Below are positions 27,372-37,066 of a DNA stretch of 60,294 nucleotides, piece after piece. The notes under the pieces were generated by a model. That model was given only the letters and a program-made list of their open reading frames with translations, did not search any database and had not been told where the DNA came from. The translations under genes and the position numbers were made by a program. This stretch comes from Oscillospiraceae bacterium (GTDB taxonomy: Bacteria > Bacillota > Clostridia > Oscillospirales > UBA929), in the NCBI GenBank assembly GCA_031549605.1, contig JAVBPM010000023.1, positions 1 to 60,294 on the forward strand, written 5' to 3'. The number at the start of each line of letters is the position of its first letter. Position 1 is the first letter of the stretch.

Positions 27372-29798
27372 TTGTCTACAGCCACACAGACCAAACCGGC
27401 GGCCAAAAAGGCCAAGCCGCAGCCGACCGCCGTCAACCCGTTTCCCATGAGCCGCAAAAAACGCGTTCTGCTCACCATTACCGCACTGCTGATGGTCTTT
27501 GTGCTGGTGGCAACGCTGGTGGTCAACGCCATTCTCAACCGCGGTCTGCCGCAGCTGACCGGCAGCCTTGAGCTGTCCGGCCTGCAAGCGACCGTCACCG
27601 TCGTGCGTGACGCCAACGGCACGCCGCACATCACGGCGCAAAACGAGCACGACCTCTACATGGCGCAGGGCTTTGTGCAGGCGCAGGACCGTCTGTTTCA
27701 AATGGACCTCAGCCGCCGACAGGCCAGCGGACGGCTGGCCGAGGTCGTGGGCGAGGACGTGGTGGATCAAGATAAGTACTTCCGCGCGCTGGGACTGCGC
27801 CGCGCGGCGCAAAAGTCGCTGGGCGAATACGAGCCGGCCACCCTTGAGGTCATGCAGTCCTTTGCCGACGGCGTCAACGCCTACATAGAGCAAGGCAATC
27901 TGGCGCTGGAGTTTACGCTGCTGGGCTACGACCCCGAGCCGTGGACGCCCTTAGACACGCTGACCATCGCCAAATACATGGCCTACGACCTCGGCGGCCA
28001 CTACAACTCGCAGGCCTTCCACGCCTATCTGCTGCAAAACTTCGACGAGGCGCTGGCGCGCGAATTGTTTCCGCAGGATCCCGGGCCCGACGTCTATATC
28101 ATCAACAAGGACGAGCTAAACCTGTCGGGCGTATTGGACAAGGTGCCGACCCACGACCCCGAGAACGGCTCAAACAACTGGGTGGTGGGCGCCGACAAGT
28201 CGGCCACCGGCAAGCCGCTGCTGGCCAACGACCCGCACCTCAGCATCGCGTCGCCGTCGGTGTGGTATCCCATGCACCTGACGTGCGGCGACCTCAATGT
28301 CGGCGGCGTGATTTTCGGCGGTTGCCCCGGCATCATTGTCGGCAGCAACGACTACGTGTCGTGGGGCGTAACCAACACCGGCCCCGACGTGCAGCAGCTG
28401 TACATTGAAAAGCGCAACCCCAACAACGACAAGCAGTTTGAGTATATGGGCCAGTACGAGGACGCTCTTGTCCACGACGAGACCGTGACGGTCAAGGGCG
28501 GCAAAACCATCCCCTTTGAGGTGCTGGAAACGCGCCACGGCCCCATTATCACCGACTGGTGCAGCACCGACGAGGACAAGGGTGACGGCAGCACCGAGCT
28601 GGCGCTGCGCTGGACGATGCAGGACGCCACGCACGAGATGACCGCCGTGCTGGACATGAACCGTGCCAAGAACTGGGACGAATTTTCCAAAGCACTCGAG
28701 CATTTCCAAGTGCCGACGCAGAACTTTGTCTTTGCCAGCGTCGACGGCACCATTGCCTACCGCGCCAACGGCCTGATTCCCATCAGCGACAACGACGGGC
28801 TGCTGCCCGTGCCCGGCTACGACGGCCAGCACGAATGGCAGGGCTACATTCCCTACGACCAGCTGCCTGCCGTCGTCAACCCCGAAAAGGGCTATATCGC
28901 CACGGCCAACTACAAGGTGCTCGACCAAGACGGCGACTATCCCTACCACATCACCGACCAGTGGGCGCAGCCCTTCCGCATGCAGCGCATCGACGAGGTG
29001 CTGGCGTCCAAGGACAAAATCACCGTCGACGACATGAAGGCGCTGCAATACGACACGCTGGACAAGGCGGCGCAGCAGTACGTGCCCAAGCTGTGCGCGG
29101 CACTCGAGAGCGCCGGAAACCTGACCGAGCGGCAGCAGCAAGCCATCGCGCTGCTGAAAAGCTGGGACTACACCGACGCCGTGGACAAGCCGCAGCCGAT
29201 GATCTACCAGTTTTGGAAAGTCGGCATCCTCGAGCTGCTGTACTACGACAAAATGGACGAGGATATGCTCGACTTGTTCGAGTGCATGGAGAGCGTGACC
29301 TACGCGCTGCTCGACCGCGCCATGGCGGGTGAGAAAATCGGCTGGATTGAGCAGTGCGGCGGGCTGTCAAAGCTGCTGTCCGACGCGCTGGACAAGGCGC
29401 TTGACCGCGCCGAGTCGTTGCAGGGCAAGGACATGAGCGCGTGGCAGTGGGGCGACTTCCACGTCTCGGTGTTCCCGCATCCGCTGGGCAACGCCATGGA
29501 AATTCTCAAGGCACTGTACAACCCCATGGACCCCGTGCCGCTGCCGGGTAGCAACACCACCGTCTTTGCCGCCGGGTATAAAAACGACAGCGGCATACAC
29601 CGCCACGGCGCCAGCTGGCGCTATGTCATCGACATGGCCGACACCAGTCAGGCCAGCCACATCGTAGGCCCGGGCGTGGCCGAGCACTTCCGCAGCCGGT
29701 TCTATCAAAACAACCTGCTGCTGTGGACACAGGGCGGCTACCGCACACTGCAAATGAAAGGCAACGTCGAGGGTCAGACGCTGACGCTGCAACCATAG
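27372..29798 (+). CDS. Membrane-anchored penicillin acylase family (Ntn hydrolase)
   Basis: RDANGTPHI, AQDRLFQMDL, G|SNNWVV, LLANDPHL, TRHGP; start codon uncertain. Confidence 0.9.
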   Translation: MSTATQTKPAAKKAKPQPTAVNPFPMSRKKRVLLTITALLMVFVLVATLVVNAILNRGLPQLTGSLELSGLQATVTVVRDANGTPHITAQNEHDLYMAQGFVQAQDRLFQMDLSRRQASGRLAEVVGEDVVDQDKYFRALGLRRAAQKSLGEYEPATLEVMQSFADGVNAYIEQGNLALEFTLLGYDPEPWTPLDTLTIAKYMAYDLGGHYNSQAFHAYLLQNFDEALARELFPQDPGPDVYIINKDELNLSGVLDKVPTHDPENGSNNWVVGADKSATGKPLLANDPHLSIASPSVWYPMHLTCGDLNVGGVIFGGCPGIIVGSNDYVSWGVTNTGPDVQQLYIEKRNPNNDKQFEYMGQYEDALVHDETVTVKGGKTIPFEVLETRHGPIITDWCSTDEDKGDGSTELALRWTMQDATHEMTAVLDMNRAKNWDEFSKALEHFQVPTQNFVFASVDGTIAYRANGLIPISDNDGLLPVPGYDGQHEWQGYIPYDQLPAVVNPEKGYIATANYKVLDQDGDYPYHITDQWAQPFRMQRIDEVLASKDKITVDDMKALQYDTLDKAAQQYVPKLCAALESAGNLTERQQQAIALLKSWDYTDAVDKPQPMIYQFWKVGILELLYYDKMDEDMLDLFECMESVTYALLDRAMAGEKIGWIEQCGGLSKLLSDALDKALDRAESLQGKDMSAWQWGDFHVSVFPHPLGNAMEILKALYNPMDPVPLPGSNTTVFAAGYKNDSGIHRHGASWRYVIDMADTSQASHIVGPGVAEHFRSRFYQNNLLLWTQGGYRTLQMKGNVEGQTLTLQP

Positions 29799-29807
29799 GC
29801 AACCAAT

Positions 29808-29842
29808 AAGCGGCAAGGGAGACAACGTCTCGCTTGCCGCTT
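29808..29842. terminator. Bidirectional hairpin, AAGCGGCAAGGG family
   Basis: AAGCGGCAAGGGAGAC-AAC-GTCTCGCTTGCCGCTT. Confidence 0.7.
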
Positions 29843-29858
29843 GCTTCTTGTTGCCAAG

Positions 29859-30155
29859 CTATGCGCCTTCCAACTGCTCTCGTCCGCTAAACACCTCTGT
29901 GGTCATCAGCACACCCAGCCGGTAACCGGTGACAAAGCGGTTGATATCCCAAGCGTCGCTGACCGCCTGCCGGGCGCGGGCGTACTGCTCTAACCATTGT
30001 GCACCGCCGTCGGGCAGACGGGTCAACAATTCTTCTTCACAGGCAAGCAGTGCTTGCATGGCCGCGTTGTAAGCCGGTGTCCGAGGAACCGGCACCTCGT
30101 CCGGCAGGATATTGCCTCGCGCAAATTCAGCTAAGATGCTGCACATGATGGTCAC
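29859..30155 (-). CDS. Small DUF6809-like protein
   Basis: SILAEFARGNILPDE...EEELLTRL...RFVTGYRLGVLMTTEVF; start may be the internal ATG. Confidence 0.65.
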   Translation of the reverse strand: MTIMCSILAEFARGNILPDEVPVPRTPAYNAAMQALLACEEELLTRLPDGGAQWLEQYARARQAVSDAWDINRFVTGYRLGVLMTTEVFSGREQLEGA

Positions 30156-30352
30156 TCCTCTCGTGGCTTAAGACACGATAATTTAGGTGAAGTCACGCAA
30201 AGCATAACACATTGAACAGATGAATAGGTGATTTGCCACAATTGTGTGGCATGAGTGGCGATGTGTAAAACACTTATTGCATGAGGTGGCAGCGTGCGGA
30301 CGTCACAAGGCAACGCACCAAAACGCACAGTCCCGAGCAAGGTAGAAACCTA

Positions 30353-30556
30353 GTCCGACTGTAGGCGTAGCCGAAAGTCGGACAGCGCAGCTGCAATAAG
30401 GCACAGCAAAAAACTAAAGCGGCTTTTGGCGTGAGTACCGTGTACTCGCGTCAAAAACGCCATTTTTTGCCATCCGAGAGGTGAGGGGGTCTCGGGGCGA
30501 CTCCCCGAGTCTGCTTCTTTGGTTACTTTCTTACAGACAAAGAAAGTAACACCCCC
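30353..30556. other. Multi-hairpin non-coding structured element
   Basis: Stems GTCCGACT/AGTCGGAC, TTTTGGCGTGAGTAC/GTACTCGCGTCAAAA, CTCGGGG/CCCCGAG, GTTACTTTCTT/AAGAAAGTAAC, GGGGGT/ACCCCC. Confidence 0.6.
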
Positions 30557-30643
30557 GCAGGGCGCGCCAAGCTGCTTGGGGTAGCACAGGCGACGAGATT
30601 CAGCGCGTCGGCATCGGCGCTCAGCTTGATTACAGGTGGACGT

Positions 30644-30855
30644 GCCACACGGCGGTCACACGCGCGGCTGGCCGCTGTATAAATTACAATTGTTTGACAT
30701 TTTTATTTTGTGCTGTCTATCTTGCGCTATCTATTTTGGCCGGTTTGATGTATAATTAAACTATCGAGGACTTGCCATACATACTTTGGGGGGGAGACAA
30801 TGAAAGCCAACATCAAACGTCTGGGCGCGCTGGCGCTTTGCCTTTCGCTGCTGCT
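30644..30855 (+). repeat. Duplicated upstream region plus signal-peptide start, copy 1
   Basis: Aligns with 31254-31452; first 56 coding nt identical. Confidence 0.9.
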
Positions 30856-31195
30856 ACTGCTTCTGTTGGCGCTGGGCGCCTGCGGCACGACGACCGACAC
30901 CCCGCCGCAGGAGGTTGTTCTCGGCACCATGCTGAGTAGCCATAGCATGGTATCTCAAGAGAGCGAGATCGTGCAGCGGGTCGACCGCGCGCTTGATTCG
31001 TTGACCTATGACAAAACAGATCGTGCGCTTGATTATGGTCGCGCAGCCTCGGTGCTGTGGGGTGGCGTCTATTATATCGTTGACGCCAACGGCGTGTTCA
31101 CCAAAGGCGACGGCACAAACTACTGGGCCGAGAGCAATGTCAGCTGCTACGACCAGCTGATGCTCATCTTTCAGTCAAGTCAGCCAACGTCGTAA
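30800..31195 (+). CDS. Small hypothetical lipoprotein
   Basis: Signal peptide ending in lipobox LGAC. Confidence 0.75.
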   Translation: MKANIKRLGALALCLSLLLLLLLALGACGTTTDTPPQEVVLGTMLSSHSMVSQESEIVQRVDRALDSLTYDKTDRALDYGRAASVLWGGVYYIVDANGVFTKGDGTNYWAESNVSCYDQLMLIFQSSQPTS

Positions 31196-31209
31196 ACAGT
31201 CAGCCAACC

Positions 31210-31241
31210 CAGCGCCCGCCGAGTTGTTTCGGCGGGCGCTG
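31210..31241 (+). terminator. Intrinsic terminator
   Basis: CAGCGCCCGCCGA-GTTGTT-TCGGCGGGCGCTG then CTTGTTTGT. Confidence 0.65.
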
Positions 31242-31253
31242 CTTGTTTGTCGC

Positions 31254-31452
31254 GCCACACGGCGGTCACACGCGCGGCTGGCTGACGCATAAAATTACAA
31301 TTATTTGACATTTACATTTTGCGCTATCTATTTTGGCCGGTTTGATGTACAATTAAACCATCGAGGACTAGCCATACATACTTTGGGGGGAAAACTATGA
31401 AAGCCAACATCAAACGTCTGGGCGCGCTGGCGCTTTGCCTTTCGCTGCTGCT
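31254..31452 (+). repeat. Duplicated upstream region plus signal-peptide start, copy 2
   Basis: Aligns with 30644-30855. Confidence 0.9.
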
Positions 31453-33325
31453 GACGCTGCTGCCGGCGCTGCCGGCCTCTGCCGTCGAGCCGCTGACACT
31501 GGTCAGCGTTTCAACCGACCCGCTGGGCAAGACGCTGCTGCTCACCTTCAGCGAGCCGATGACACCCGCCTTTGACACCGGGCTGGCGCCGGTTGTCACC
31601 GATACGACCGGCCGCCACATCGTCGACAAGACGGGCGTGTCGGTGTCGGAGGACGACGACTGCCAGCTGGTGGTCAACCTTGAGGCGCCGCTGCTTTCGG
31701 CGCTGAGCTACAAGGCGCGCGTGGCCGGTGTCCGCGCCGTGTCGGGCGCTACCATGGCCGCCGGCACGGTTAGCATTGCCAACACCATCACGCCATGCCC
31801 GACCGTAACCTCGGCCGTGTGCGACAACACCGGGATGCAGCTGCAAATCACCTACAGCGAGGCGCTGAGTGGCTCGAACATCAACCGACTGCACTGCTCG
31901 CTGGCCACCAACGGCTTTAATGCCATCAACGCAGTGACGCTGAGCGCAGACAAGAAAACGCTGCTGGTGTCGCTGTTTGCGCCCATTGCCAAGCAGGCGA
32001 CAGCCAGCTTTACCATCAACATTCTCGGCGATCCGACCCAGCCGCCGCTGCCCATGCTGATGGCGGCCGACGGCCGCGCGGTCGACACGCGCGCTGCCAT
32101 TTCAGTGGTCAGCAACGCGACCGCCGTGCCCGCCGCAACACTGAACGGCGTCGCCGCCACGGCCATTGACAATGCCACGGCCGTCACCGTGGTGCCGACC
32201 AACACGCAGCTGAGCCAAGCGCGCACCGCTGCTTTTGACTACGCGCAGGCGTCGAAGCGCTTTACCACCTTTGCCGACCGCAATTACCTCTACATCGCGC
32301 TGGGTAACGCCGCCGCGACGTCGGTGACGCTGCAGTTGTCACCGGCCCAGCTGCTGACGCTGGGCGACACCTATCTCATCACCGGCAACCAAGCGCTGGG
32401 CGTGCTGTACATCAGCGAGGCCATGGCCGCTGCGGCCACGGCCACGGGTGGCACCGTGCGTCTGACGCTGGCCGACATTGCCTACACCGTCAGCGGCGAG
32501 ACTAAGCACAAGCTGTCGGTTAGCTTCAAGCAGGCGGGCAAGCTGCTGGACTTGGGCACGCTGGCCGATCCGGCACAGCTGTTTATGCCGACGCTGCCGC
32601 CGGCGTCCGGCTATCCCACCTCGCACATGATGCTGACCCGCGTGCTGTCGGGCAGCAGCCAGCGCGTGCCGCGCTCGTGGTACCACGGCGGCTATGTGGC
32701 CGGCGTGCTGACCCAGCAGGGCGAGTACCGCATCGACTACCTGACGCCCAACAGCTACATCGACCTGCCGTCATGGGCGACCAGCCAGTTCTACTACCTC
32801 AACACGCGCGGCGTTGTCGGCGGCATCAGCAACAACAAGCTGGGCTCGAAAAACAACATTACCCGCGCCGACTTCATCCTGCTGCTCATGCGCGCGCTCG
32901 ACGCCGACAACACGGAAATCGGCACGACAAAGCAGTTTGCCGACGTGGCAGTGAGCAAGTACTACGCCAAGGCCGTTCTGCAGGCGCGTGCGCTCAAGTT
33001 TGTCGGTGGCACGGGCAACAACACCTTTGCGCCCGAGAAACCCATCAGCCGTCAGGACGCCTGCGTCATGCTGGACAACATCATGAAACGCAGCGGCATC
33101 AAGCTGACCGGCAGTCCCAAAACGCCGGTCACCGGCTTCGCCGACTGGGGCAAGGTGTCGAGCTACGCCCGCACGGCGGTCACCAACCTCTACGACGTCG
33201 GTCTGATGGCCGGCTCCAATAACCAAATCAACCCAACCGACAACCTGACCCGCGCCGAGGCGACGGTCATCATTGCGCGTCTGCTGCAAAAAGAGCAGCC
33301 GCTGTGGCAGTCGCAGACCAAATAA
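31397..33325 (+). CDS. SLH-domain surface protein with Ig-like N-terminal domains
   Basis: Sec signal (ASA-VE); LLLTFSEPM and LQITYSEAL beta motifs; SLH ITRADF, ISRQDA, LTRAEA. Confidence 0.85.
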   Translation: MKANIKRLGALALCLSLLLTLLPALPASAVEPLTLVSVSTDPLGKTLLLTFSEPMTPAFDTGLAPVVTDTTGRHIVDKTGVSVSEDDDCQLVVNLEAPLLSALSYKARVAGVRAVSGATMAAGTVSIANTITPCPTVTSAVCDNTGMQLQITYSEALSGSNINRLHCSLATNGFNAINAVTLSADKKTLLVSLFAPIAKQATASFTINILGDPTQPPLPMLMAADGRAVDTRAAISVVSNATAVPAATLNGVAATAIDNATAVTVVPTNTQLSQARTAAFDYAQASKRFTTFADRNYLYIALGNAAATSVTLQLSPAQLLTLGDTYLITGNQALGVLYISEAMAAAATATGGTVRLTLADIAYTVSGETKHKLSVSFKQAGKLLDLGTLADPAQLFMPTLPPASGYPTSHMMLTRVLSGSSQRVPRSWYHGGYVAGVLTQQGEYRIDYLTPNSYIDLPSWATSQFYYLNTRGVVGGISNNKLGSKNNITRADFILLLMRALDADNTEIGTTKQFADVAVSKYYAKAVLQARALKFVGGTGNNTFAPEKPISRQDACVMLDNIMKRSGIKLTGSPKTPVTGFADWGKVSSYARTAVTNLYDVGLMAGSNNQINPTDNLTRAEATVIIARLLQKEQPLWQSQTK

Positions 33326-33451
33326 TAAGCCAGTGTTGACTCCGGCTCCCGCCCGTTTGGGCGGGAGCCGTTTTTGCGCTGGGGGTTGTTATTGCCGAGC
33401 AAAGCCTGTATAATGAATGGATAATTCGCTTGTGGAGAAAGTGAGGCCCAT

Positions 33452-35353
33452 ATGCAAAACAAACGCCTAACCTGCCGGCTGATGTCCGTACTGGTCTGCC
33501 TGACGCTGCTGGTTGCGCTGTTGCCGCAAACCGCCGGCGCCGCCGCGCCGCTGACGCTGGTGTCGGTCGAGTGCGACGCCACCGGCCGCGTGGTTACTTT
33601 TAGCTTTAACAAGGCGGTCGACATGACCACCGTCACCAAAAACAGCTTTTACCTGCAGAGCGTCTGGAACGACACCGTCATCTACCTGTGGGGCAAGAGC
33701 GTTGCTGCCGCGTCGGGTGACGCGACCAAGGTCAACGTGACGCTGGACGGCTACGTTGTCGCCGGCCACACCTACGGCGCTTGCTACGCCAACTGGAACG
33801 GCGCGGTCAAGGCGGTCGACGGCGGCTCGATGCAGTCCTTTTACATGACACCGCTGGTCAACAACACGCCGCAGGGGCCGCAGGTGGTCTCGGCCTACAC
33901 CGGCAGTGTCGACAACAAGTTGTATGTCGACTTCGACCGCAACCTCAAGGCCGGCAGCCTGTCGACCGAGTCCTTCAACCTGCGCAACCTGGCGGCCAGT
34001 TCGCTGATTAACCAGCCGATTGCCGTCAACCTCAGCGCCGCCGACGCCAGCATTGTTGAAATCACGCTGCTGTCGCCGCCGGCGGCCGGCGACAACTACC
34101 GGCTCTACTACGTGCCGTCCGGTCTGGCCGACACGCTGACCGACACCAACAACTATCCCGCCGAGTACATCACCGATTTGGCGGTGACCAACAATATGTC
34201 CGGCGTTTACACAGCCTACATCAACGGCTGTGCCGTTACCGCCACCGCCTCAGGCGGCAGCGTGACCATCACACCCACGGCCGCGCAGTGGGCGGCCATA
34301 CAGGCCGCGCCAATGCCGGCCACGCTGCTTGCGCTGAATATGCCGGCCGGCACGCCCGGCCTGTTTGTGGCGCTGGGCAGCAAAAGCTACACCACCTTCA
34401 CGTTGCAACTGACACCGGCTATGGCCAAGTCGCTGAAGGGCTACGCCATCGGCACCAACAGCGTCACGCGCGGCGGCCTGCTGGTCAGCAAAACAATGGC
34501 CGACAGCGTCAACGCCAGCGGCGACACCGTGTCGCTGACCATGGGCGGCAGCGCATGCAGCTTTACGCTGGCGTACACGCAGAACGGCAAGACGCTGCCC
34601 GTTTCCACCATCAACAACTACGCCGTCATCGCCATCGACGCCGGCAACGTCTGGATGGCCGACAACGCCGTCAACAGCTGTGTGTCCCGCGTTTCGGGCA
34701 GCTCCAAGACGCCGGTGCCGCGCTCGTGGCTGACGAACCAGACCGGCATGGCCAAGATTGCCACCACCGGCAGCTACCGCTTCGCCGCGCCGGACAACAC
34801 CGCCTTTGTTGACCTGACATGGATGGCGGCAGATGTGACCTACCTCAATGCCCGCGCCGTGGCGCGCGGCACGGACACGACTCATTTCTCGCCCGGAAAG
34901 CCGGTGAAACGCGCCGAGTTCATCACGCTGCTCATGCGCGCTCTCAACTTCAATGTCAGCACCGGATCAACGCCGCAGTTTGCCGACGTAGACACCAAGG
35001 ACTACTACGCCAAATCGGTGCTGCAGGCGCGCGCGTTGGGCATTGTCGGCGGTACCGGCAACAATAAATTCAACCCCGACAGCTTCATTTCGCGGCAGGA
35101 CATGGCCAAAATGCTGAGCGGCGTCATGACCAAGTGCGATTTTCCCACCCTAGCCATCACCACGCGCAGCGCTTCGGCCGCTTACGCCGACTGGGCCGGC
35201 GTGGCGACCTACGCCCGCAGCCATGTCGACCTGTTGTACAAAACGGGCGTCATGCGCGGCAACGGCGGCCGGTTTCTACCCGCCAACAACAGCACGCGCG
35301 GCGAAGCGGCAACCGTTATCAGCCGCATCCTCAAACTCGAGGTGTGGAACTGA
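33452..35353 (+). CDS. SLH-domain surface protein, paralog of the preceding gene
   Basis: Shares PLTLVSV..D..G, VPRSW, KQF/PQFADV...YYAK.VLQARAL..VGGTGNN. Confidence 0.85.
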   Translation: MQNKRLTCRLMSVLVCLTLLVALLPQTAGAAAPLTLVSVECDATGRVVTFSFNKAVDMTTVTKNSFYLQSVWNDTVIYLWGKSVAAASGDATKVNVTLDGYVVAGHTYGACYANWNGAVKAVDGGSMQSFYMTPLVNNTPQGPQVVSAYTGSVDNKLYVDFDRNLKAGSLSTESFNLRNLAASSLINQPIAVNLSAADASIVEITLLSPPAAGDNYRLYYVPSGLADTLTDTNNYPAEYITDLAVTNNMSGVYTAYINGCAVTATASGGSVTITPTAAQWAAIQAAPMPATLLALNMPAGTPGLFVALGSKSYTTFTLQLTPAMAKSLKGYAIGTNSVTRGGLLVSKTMADSVNASGDTVSLTMGGSACSFTLAYTQNGKTLPVSTINNYAVIAIDAGNVWMADNAVNSCVSRVSGSSKTPVPRSWLTNQTGMAKIATTGSYRFAAPDNTAFVDLTWMAADVTYLNARAVARGTDTTHFSPGKPVKRAEFITLLMRALNFNVSTGSTPQFADVDTKDYYAKSVLQARALGIVGGTGNNKFNPDSFISRQDMAKMLSGVMTKCDFPTLAITTRSASAAYADWAGVATYARSHVDLLYKTGVMRGNGGRFLPANNSTRGEAATVISRILKLEVWN

Positions 35354-35366
35354 AATAAAAAACAAT

Positions 35367-35398
35367 AAGCGGCAAGGGTGATATCACCCTTGCCGCTT
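35367..35398. terminator. Bidirectional hairpin, AAGCGGCAAGGG family
   Basis: AAGCGGCAAGGGTGA-TA-TCACCCTTGCCGCTT. Confidence 0.75.
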
Positions 35399-35411
35399 GC
35401 TTATGTTCTGT

Positions 35412-36560
35412 TCAGGCGCGCCGGTTGCGCGCCTGCCCGGGGTGCATCCGCACAGCCGACACCAATCCCGCCGCCACCATCATCGTCAGCATCGACGTGC
35501 CGCCGTAGCTGAAGAAGGGGAGCGTCAGCCCGATAACCGGCAGCAGCCCCAGACACATGCCTACGTTTTCAATCAGCTGGAAGCTGAGCATGGCCGCGAC
35601 GCCGACACAAATGAGCCGGCCGGTGGTGTTGCGCGCGCGCAGCGACACAGCGACGCAGCGAACGATGATAAACAGCAGCAACGCCACGATGCACAGGCAG
35701 CCAATCAGCCCCAGCTCCTCGCCGCCGACGCTGAAGATAAAGTCGGTGTAGCTAAACGGCAGCCGCTTGCCCTGCGTCTGCGTGCCCTGCAACAGCCCCA
35801 TGCCCGTCAGCCCGCCGTTTTGCAGCGCGATTTTCGACTGCGCCGCCTGCCAGCCGATGCCCGTCGGGTCAAGACTGGGGTCGAGGATGGTCAGGATGCG
35901 GTCCTTTTGATAGGGCCGCAGCACAAAGTGCCACAGCAGCGGCAGCGTGCCGGCCGTCGCCGCCAGCCCGCCCAGCAGCCACGCCCAGTTGAGCCGCGAG
36001 CAAACGCACATGACGGCGAAAATGACGAAGTAGACGACTGCCATGCCCATGTCGTCGGACGAGGCGACAATCAGTCCCAGCATAAAGCCGGCGTGCAGCA
36101 GCAGCGACAGCACCGACAGCGGCCGGTTGATTTTGTCGCCCAACGCGGCAAAGTGCAGTGCCAGCAGGATGATAAAGGTCAGCTTGACAATCTCGGCCGG
36201 TTGTATGTTGAAGGGCAGAAACGACAGCATCAGCCAGCTGCGGTTTCCCGTGCCGGGGTCTTTGCCGATGACAAACAGCGACGCGATGAACAAAACATTA
36301 AACAGCGCCAGCCATTTCCACGCCGCGCGGTAGACGTCGGTGTCGATAAAAGAAACGACGGCATAGAGTAAAACGCCGGCAAGCATAGCGCCCGCCTGCA
36401 CCGTCACCATGCTCACGCCGGTGTCGTAGGGGTGTCCGGCCGAGTAAATCAGCACCATGCCGTATATTGAGGAGATGACGCACAGCGTCAGCAGCAGCCA
36501 GTCGCCCTTGCGCGCAAAATCGTGCGCCAGCCGTTTCAGGCCGCGCCACAGCGACGCCAT
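35412..36560 (-). CDS. rodA: SEDS family protein (RodA/FtsW)
   Basis: IQPAEIVK, TDFIFSVGGEELG, GLTLPFFSYGGTS. Confidence 0.85.
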   Translation of the reverse strand: MASLWRGLKRLAHDFARKGDWLLLTLCVISSIYGMVLIYSAGHPYDTGVSMVTVQAGAMLAGVLLYAVVSFIDTDVYRAAWKWLALFNVLFIASLFVIGKDPGTGNRSWLMLSFLPFNIQPAEIVKLTFIILLALHFAALGDKINRPLSVLSLLLHAGFMLGLIVASSDDMGMAVVYFVIFAVMCVCSRLNWAWLLGGLAATAGTLPLLWHFVLRPYQKDRILTILDPSLDPTGIGWQAAQSKIALQNGGLTGMGLLQGTQTQGKRLPFSYTDFIFSVGGEELGLIGCLCIVALLLFIIVRCVAVSLRARNTTGRLICVGVAAMLSFQLIENVGMCLGLLPVIGLTLPFFSYGGTSMLTMMVAAGLVSAVRMHPGQARNRRA

Positions 36561-36640
36561 GGTCATCACTCCTTTCGCGTTATACTTGTCCATTCTACCA
36601 TAGTTATGCTATACTGCAAAGAGAAAAAGGAGGCGAATGC

Positions 36641-37066
36641 GTGGAAAAACGCGAAAGCAACAGCGTCAGCGACACCGAGCGCATCGCCGCTCAGTGGGTC
36701 AAGTCGTTGCCGCGCGGCGCTGTCGTGGCGTTGCAGGGTGACCTCGGCGCGGGCAAAACCGCCTTTGTAACAGGCATGGCCGCCGGGCTGGGCTATACCG
36801 GCCGCGTCACCAGTCCCACCTTTAACCTGCTGCACGAGTACGACAGCACGCCGGTGCTGTACCACTACGACCTCTACCGGCTGTCGGGTCCCGACGACCT
36901 CGACGATATCGGCTTTTACGAGACGCTGGAGCAAGACGGCATTGCCGTTATCGAGTGGAGCGAGCGCATTCTTTCCGCGCTGCCGTCCGGCACGCACGTC
37001 GTGCGGCTCAGCCGCTGCGACGACAACGACGACAAACGCATCATTGAATGGGGGCTGCTGCTTTGA
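36641..37066 (+). CDS. tsaE: tRNA t6A biosynthesis ATPase
   Basis: LQGDLGAGKT, VTSPTF, HYDLYRL, IEWSE. Confidence 0.95.
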   Translation: MEKRESNSVSDTERIAAQWVKSLPRGAVVALQGDLGAGKTAFVTGMAAGLGYTGRVTSPTFNLLHEYDSTPVLYHYDLYRLSGPDDLDDIGFYETLEQDGIAVIEWSERILSALPSGTHVVRLSRCDDNDDKRIIEWGLLL

